Source: Elusimicrobiota bacterium
GTDB lineage: Bacteria; Elusimicrobiota; Elusimicrobia; F11
Reading direction: 5' to 3'
Assembly: GCA_044221725.1 (NCBI GenBank)
Contig: JBGAON010000003.1
Coordinates: 128,001 to 192,000 of the forward strand
Length of the DNA: 64,000 bases
Shown here one piece after another: positions 59,350 to 64,000 of this stretch. The translations under genes and the position numbers were made by a program. The notes under the pieces were generated by a model. The model was not told the origin of the DNA. It saw only the letters and a list, made by a program, of their open reading frames with translations, and made no database searches. Position 1 is the stretch's first letter; each line of letters begins with the position of its first letter.

Positions 59350-60354
59350 ATGGCCGGTGAGCGCATCCTTATAATAGATGACGATGAGCAAGTCGCTTCC
59401 TATTGTCGTTTGGCGTTCACGCTGGCCGGATACCAGGTGGAGTGGATTAAAGACGGGCGCCAGGCGGTGCAGAAAGTGCGTGAAATGATTCCCGACGCCG
59501 TCATTCTCGATTTGAAGTTGCCCGGCATAAACGGTTTCCGAATTTGCGAACAACTTCGCTTGGAGCCTCAGACGCGCGCGATCCCTATTATCGTCGTGAG
59601 CGGCAGCTGGAAAGATTCGCAGGATCGCATTCGTTCGATCGAGGTCGGCGCCGATGATTTTCTCACAAAGCCGTTTGACGCCGAAGAACTGATTGCGCGG
59701 ATCAAACGCATGTTGCAGCGAAAGAAAGTTGATATGGGGCACAACCCGCTCACGGGTCTTCCCGGAAATCTTGCCATCGAAGAAGAGGCGCGGCGCCGGC
59801 TTGCACGGAAAGATCCGCTCGCGTTCGCGTATATCGACCTCGACAATTTCAAAGCCTACAACGATGTGTATGGCGTAAAACAAGGCGACAAAGTTATTCG
59901 ATTGCTAGCCGACTTGTTGGTCCAAGCCACGAAGCGGTGGGGAAATCAGGACGATTTCATTGGCCATGTTGGCGGAGACGATTTTATCGGAATGACAACG
60001 CCGGACAAAGCGCAAGCCGTGTTCGAATGGATTGCCAAGCGCTTCGACGAACGGATTGCCGCCTATTATTCGGAAGCCGATTTAAAAGCGGGTTGTATCA
60101 CGGCCAAAGACCGTCAAGGAAACGTGAAGAAATTCCGATTCGTTTCTGCTTCGATCGTTTATTTGACCGACAAAAACATTGAGACGAATCAATACCCGTT
60201 ATTGATTCAGGCGCTCACCGAAATGAAAGGATTTGTTAAACACACCATGGAACGCAAAGGCGGAAGCGTCGTGTTTCGGGATCGGCGTAGCACCGAAGAG
60301 CCGCCATCCAAAACGATTTCTGCCCCGATTCCAAAAACAAAACCCGCCGCTTAG
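59350..60354 (+). CDS. Response regulator with diguanylate cyclase domain (REC-GGDEF)
   Basis: ILIIDDD, ILD phosphoacceptor, KPF; PLTGLPGN, DLDNFKAYND.YG...GD, GHVGGDDF. Confidence 0.9.
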   Translation: MAGERILIIDDDEQVASYCRLAFTLAGYQVEWIKDGRQAVQKVREMIPDAVILDLKLPGINGFRICEQLRLEPQTRAIPIIVVSGSWKDSQDRIRSIEVGADDFLTKPFDAEELIARIKRMLQRKKVDMGHNPLTGLPGNLAIEEEARRRLARKDPLAFAYIDLDNFKAYNDVYGVKQGDKVIRLLADLLVQATKRWGNQDDFIGHVGGDDFIGMTTPDKAQAVFEWIAKRFDERIAAYYSEADLKAGCITAKDRQGNVKKFRFVSASIVYLTDKNIETNQYPLLIQALTEMKGFVKHTMERKGGSVVFRDRRSTEEPPSKTISAPIPKTKPAA

Positions 60355-60383
60355 TTTTCGAATACCTTCTGAAAAAAAGTTGT

Positions 60384-60412
60384 TTGACTCCCCACATGCC
60401 TTTTGTTATATA
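60384..60412 (+). promoter_or_regulatory. Probable sigma70 promoter of the tRNA-tuf operon
   Basis: A tract, then TTGACT-N17-TATATA with TG extension; the -10 box is imperfect. Confidence 0.45.
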
Positions 60413-60523
60413 GCTCACCGACCCCAGTTTCATCCTCGTCAACCTGCACCCCAGCACCTCGGAACAGGCTTCAAATCAGACGGGATTTTATTGTTTGGGA
60501 AGGGGTGGCTGCATCTGAAATTT

Positions 60524-60594
60524 GCGGGTGTGGTTCAATGGTAGAACGCGAGCCTTCCAAGCTTGAGACGTGGGTTCGATTCCCATCACCCGCT
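60524..60594 (+). tRNA. tRNA-Gly(TCC)
   Basis: GCGGGTG/CACCCGC acceptor, anticodon loop CTTCCAA, GTTCGATTC T loop. Confidence 0.95.
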
Positions 60595-60597
60595 AAC

Positions 60598-60670
60598 GCT
60601 GGGGTAGCTCAGTTGGTAGAGCACGTCCTTGGTAAGGACGAGGTCGGCAGTTCGATCCTGCTCCCCAGCT
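60598..60670 (+). tRNA. tRNA-Thr(GGT)
   Basis: GCTGGGG/CCCCAGC acceptor, anticodon arm CGTCC-TTGGTAA-GGACG, GTTCGATCC. Confidence 0.95.
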
Positions 60671-60695
60671 GATTTTTAATTTTTTTTATTTTTGC

Positions 60696-60723
60696 AGCTT
60701 AAAGCTCATGGCTTAAAGCTTAT
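60696..60723. repeat. Four degenerate tandem heptamers
   Basis: agcttaa agctcat ggcttaa agcttat. Confidence 0.6.
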
Positions 60724-60741
60724 TTCAAGGAGGCAGAAGCA

Positions 60742-61935
60742 ATGTCGAAAGCAAAGTTCGAGCGAACAAAACCGCATATGAACGTGGGAACCATCGGTCA
60801 CGTTGACCATGGAAAGACCACATTGACCACATCGATCCTCAAAGTTTTGTCCAAACAAGGAAAAGCGCAAGAGAAAGCCTATGCGGATATTGCAAAAGGC
60901 GGAACGGTTCGCGACGATTCAAAGATCGTGACGATCGCTGTCTCGCACGTTGAATACGAATCCGATAAACGGCACTACGCGCACATTGACTGCCCCGGTC
61001 ACGCTGATTACATTAAAAATATGATCACGGGCGCCGCCCAGATGGACGGTGGAATTCTCGTTGTGAGCGCTGCTGATGGACCCATGCCGCAAACCCGCGA
61101 ACACATTCTTCTCGCCCGCCAAGTGAACGTTCCAAACCTCGTGGTCTTCTTGAACAAGTGCGACCTCGTGGACGATCCGGAACTCTTGAACCTCGTTGAA
61201 CTCGAAATTCGTGAATTGCTCACGAAGTACGAATTCCCTGGCGATAAAATTGAAATCATTCATGGCAGCGCAACGAAAGCTCTCGCCGGCGATACCAGCG
61301 AGCTCGGTGAGCCGTCAATCCTGAAGCTTATGGCCGCGCTCGACAAATTCCCAGAGCCGCAGCGTGAAGTTGATAAACCCTTCCTTATGTCCGTCGAAGA
61401 CGTGTTCTCGATCACGGGTCGTGGAACCGTCGCAACGGGTCGCGTGGAACGCGGAAAACTCAAAGTGGGCGATAACGTTGAAATCGTTGGGTTGCAAGAA
61501 ACCCGCAAATCGGTTGCCACCGGTATCGAAATGTTCCGCAAACTCATGGACGAAACGATCGCTGGCGACAACGTCGGTGTTCTTCTCCGTGGTATTGAAA
61601 AAGATCAAATTGAGCGCGGACAAGTGTTGGCGGCTCCCGGCAGCATCACGCCCCACATCAAATTCAAAGGCGAAGTTTACGTGTTGAGCAAAGAAGAAGG
61701 CGGACGTCACACCCCGTTCTTCAACAACTATCGGCCGCAGTTCTACGTTCGTACCACGGACGTAACCGGCAGCGTGAAACTTCCGGCAGGCACCGAAATG
61801 GTGATGCCTGGCGACAACGTGACGATCGAAGTTGATTTGTTAACGCCCGTGGCGCTTGAAAAAGGTGTTCGCTTCGCTATCCGCGAAGGTGGACACACGG
61901 TGGGCGCTGGCGTCGTTACCGAAATTCTGAAATAA
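60742..61935 (+). CDS. tuf: Elongation factor Tu
   Basis: [44 protein letters not shown]. Confidence 0.98.
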   Translation: MSKAKFERTKPHMNVGTIGHVDHGKTTLTTSILKVLSKQGKAQEKAYADIAKGGTVRDDSKIVTIAVSHVEYESDKRHYAHIDCPGHADYIKNMITGAAQMDGGILVVSAADGPMPQTREHILLARQVNVPNLVVFLNKCDLVDDPELLNLVELEIRELLTKYEFPGDKIEIIHGSATKALAGDTSELGEPSILKLMAALDKFPEPQREVDKPFLMSVEDVFSITGRGTVATGRVERGKLKVGDNVEIVGLQETRKSVATGIEMFRKLMDETIAGDNVGVLLRGIEKDQIERGQVLAAPGSITPHIKFKGEVYVLSKEEGGRHTPFFNNYRPQFYVRTTDVTGSVKLPAGTEMVMPGDNVTIEVDLLTPVALEKGVRFAIREGGHTVGAGVVTEILK

Positions 61936-61968
61936 GCGAAAAAGGAACAGGTTTAGAGAGAGGCTCTT

Positions 61969-62133
61969 ATGGCGACAGGAAGAAACGTTGTTGGACTCAA
62001 ATGCACGGAAACCGGCATCATTAATTATTACTACGAACGTGGTAAGAAGAAAGGTGACCGCGCAAAAATTGAGGTCAAGAAGTTCTCCCCGCGTTTGCGC
62101 AAGCACACCATCCATAAAGAGGTCAAGCTCTAA
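61969..62133 (+). CDS. rpmG: 50S ribosomal protein L33
   Basis: Translated by hand (not in the ORF track): MATGRNVVGLKCTETGIINYYYERGKKKGDRAKIEVKKFSPRLRKHTIHKEVKL; expected position after tuf. Confidence 0.92.
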   Translation: MATGRNVVGLKCTETGIINYYYERGKKKGDRAKIEVKKFSPRLRKHTIHKEVKL

Positions 62134-62137
62134 CCCC

Positions 62138-62208
62138 GGGAGTGTCGGTTAATGGCAAACCACCGGTCTCCAAAACCGGGACTGTAGGTTCAAGTCCTAC
62201 CACTCCCG
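62138..62208 (+). tRNA. tRNA-Trp(CCA)
   Basis: GGGAGTG/CACTCCC acceptor, anticodon arm CCGGT-CTCCAAA-ACCGG; located before secE. Confidence 0.93.
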
Positions 62209-62256
62209 TACCGATTCATCATGGAGATGGGACGGCGTTTAACCTGAAAAAATTCG

Positions 62257-62436
62257 ATGCAGACAATTATTGGTTTCTTTAAAGATTCCTGGGCTGAACT
62301 TAAGCAAGTTGCTTGGCTAACCGTTCCTCAGATGATTGCTTCCACCTGGATGGTCGTGATTCTTGTCATCATCATGGCGATATTTGTGGGGAGTATTGAT
62401 TTCGTTTTGTCTCGCGTGATGGGAGTATTGATTTAA
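62257..62436 (+). CDS. secE: Preprotein translocase subunit SecE
   Basis: Translated by hand, 59 aa: FFKDSWAELKQVAW followed by a single TM helix; located before nusG. Confidence 0.92.
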   Translation: MQTIIGFFKDSWAELKQVAWLTVPQMIASTWMVVILVIIMAIFVGSIDFVLSRVMGVLI

Positions 62437-62439
62437 GAC

Positions 62440-62982
62440 ATGAGCGACAGCAACAGCAAACATTGGTATCTAATTCACACGTTTTCTGGGCACGAAGACC
62501 GTGTTCGATCGGGGATTGAAAAGTCCGCGGCGATCAAGGGGCTTGGTCAGCAGATTGCGGAAGTTGTTATTCCGACGGAAGAAGTCATTGAGCTAAAGAA
62601 GAATAAGAAACAAATTCGGCGCCGAAAATTTTTTCCAGGCTACGTGCTTGTGAACATGATTTCAAATAATGAGACGTGCTATTTGATTCGTAACACGCCG
62701 GGTGTCACCGGTTTTTTGGGTGGCTCGAATCCGATTCCGCTCACGCAGTCGGACGTTGACCGCATGATGGAATTGAACGCGACGCCGAAAACGAACAAGC
62801 CGCGGCCCGCCGTGGTGTTTGATCGCGGCGAAAACGTGCGTATCAATGAAGGTCCATTCCGGCATTTTGTTGGAACCGTCGAAGAAGTGAACGAAGATCG
62901 CGCGAAGCTCAAAGTGACGGTCAGTATTTTTGGACGTGCAACGCCGGTGGAACTGGACTATTTGCAGGTAGAAAAAGTTTAA
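62440..62982 (+). CDS. nusG: Transcription factor NusG
   Basis: [38 protein letters not shown]. Confidence 0.96.
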   Translation: MSDSNSKHWYLIHTFSGHEDRVRSGIEKSAAIKGLGQQIAEVVIPTEEVIELKKNKKQIRRRKFFPGYVLVNMISNNETCYLIRNTPGVTGFLGGSNPIPLTQSDVDRMMELNATPKTNKPRPAVVFDRGENVRINEGPFRHFVGTVEEVNEDRAKLKVTVSIFGRATPVELDYLQVEKV

Positions 62983-62994
62983 ATCAATTTAAAA

Positions 62995-63025
62995 TGGATC
63001 CTGGCTAAAAGCATGCCGGGATGAC
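62995..63025. repeat. REP-like palindrome
   Basis: tggatcctggc-taaaagcat-gccgggatgac hairpin between nusG and rplK. Confidence 0.4.
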
Positions 63026-63046
63026 GAACGGAGAGAGAAGAAGACA

Positions 63047-63478
63047 ATGGCAAAACAAGTTAAAGCAATGGTGAAGTTACAGATTCCAGCAGGAGGCGCG
63101 AACCCCGCTCCGCCCGTTGGTCCCGCGCTCGGTCAACACGGCGTGCAGATCATGGATTTCTGCAAACAATTTAACGAGAAGACGAAAAAATTTGAAGCCG
63201 GCATGATTATCCCAGCGGTGATCACCATCTTCACGGATCGTTCGTTTACATTTATCACGAAGATGCCGCCGGTTCCTGCGTTGCTGAAAAAAGCCGCCGG
63301 TCTTGCGAAAGCGTCGTCCAAGCCAAACAAGGACAAAGTGGGCAACATCAACAAAAAGCAACTCGAAGATATCGCAAAACAGAAAATGCCAGACTTGAAC
63401 ACGCGCGACATCGACGCGGCGATGCGAATGGTCGCAGGAACGGCTCGTTCCATGGGCATTACGGTCGAGGGTAAATAA
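63047..63478 (+). CDS. rplK: 50S ribosomal protein L11
   Basis: [28 protein letters not shown]. Confidence 0.97.
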   Translation: MAKQVKAMVKLQIPAGGANPAPPVGPALGQHGVQIMDFCKQFNEKTKKFEAGMIIPAVITIFTDRSFTFITKMPPVPALLKKAAGLAKASSKPNKDKVGNINKKQLEDIAKQKMPDLNTRDIDAAMRMVAGTARSMGITVEGK

Positions 63479-63479
63479 A

Positions 63480-64000
63480 ATGGGGAAAAGACAAAACGAA
63501 ATGGCGAAAAATTTTGACGCTTCAAAGAAATATTCTGTTCTTGAAGGCGCGAAGATCGTAAAGAAAAATGCGACAGCGAAGTTTGACGAAACGGTTGAGT
63601 TGCATGTTAAGTTGGGCGTCGATCCGAAGAAGACCGATCAAGCGGTTCGCGGCATTGCCGTGCTTCCGAAGGGGCTCGGGAAAAAGAAAACCGTTGTCGT
63701 GATTGCGAAAGGTGAGAAAGTGAAAGACGCGCAGGCCGCTGGCGCGGATCATGTTGGTGACGCCGATCTCATCGAAAAGATTTCCAAAGGTTGGACGGAC
63801 TTTGACGTGCTCGTCTCGACACCCGACATGATGAAGGATTTGTCGAAGCTTGGTAAAGTGCTCGGTCCCAAGGGACTCATGCCGAACCCGAAAGCCGGCA
63901 CCGTAACGTTCGACGTCGGTCAAGCAGTGAAAGAGCTTAAAGCCGGTCGCGTTGAATTTAAAATGGATGACTCGGCGAATCTTCATACCTCCGTCGGCAA
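63480..64000 (+). CDS. rplA: 50S ribosomal protein L1 (truncated by the window end)
   Basis: Translated by hand: MGKRQ...[26 protein letters not shown]...[20 protein letters not shown]. Confidence 0.96.
   Translation, partial: MGKRQNEMAKNFDASKKYSVLEGAKIVKKNATAKFDETVELHVKLGVDPKKTDQAVRGIAVLPKGLGKKKTVVVIAKGEKVKDAQAAGADHVGDADLIEKISKGWTDFDVLVSTPDMMKDLSKLGKVLGPKGLMPNPKAGTVTFDVGQAVKELKAGRVEFKMDDSANLHTSVG

Noticed and set aside
59350..60354. Hypr GGDEF (cGAMP synthase)
   Set aside because: The specificity position is Asp (YGVKQGD), not Ser.
60497..60511. tRNA-Tyr remnant before tRNA-Gly
   Set aside because: Only a short 5'-like G-rich stretch; no anticodon or T arm.

Overview
A gene-dense chromosomal segment from a diderm bacterium. 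The phylum is inferred, not established: the EF-Tu switch-I variant, the PorV-like/CTD proteins and the large 'NLWSERR...QDVH...GGFH' protein suggest Elusimicrobiota or a PVC-related lineage. Most of the window is housekeeping: aro, efp-accBC, heptose, thi, thr/lys, cimA-ilv-psd-pssA-leu, and tRNA-tuf-rpmG-secE-nusG-rplK-rplA. The main candidate for an undescribed system is a two-locus envelope machine. Locus 1 (54.6-60.4 kb) is an operon encoding a secreted TPR protein, a natural FliF-FliG fusion, MotA, two different MotBs and a REC-GGDEF protein, with no other flagellar gene in the window. Locus 2 (19.8-27.3 kb) is a type IX secretion-like cluster (Omp85, two PorV/PorP-like barrels, CTD-bearing proteins), and a third PorV-like barrel fused to LysM lies at 3.4-4.6 kb. 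A ~50-aa helical domain links the loci: it occurs twice in the tail of one barrel and once in the motor-operon TPR protein. Other notable items are an intact but apparently catalytically dead IlvD, a structured leader upstream of ilvB, a promoter motif shared by the three PorV-like genes, and a 1611-aa EreA/ChaN/TIKI-like membrane protein. All assignments come from reading motifs by eye; no database search was run. No mobile element, CRISPR array or rRNA was seen.
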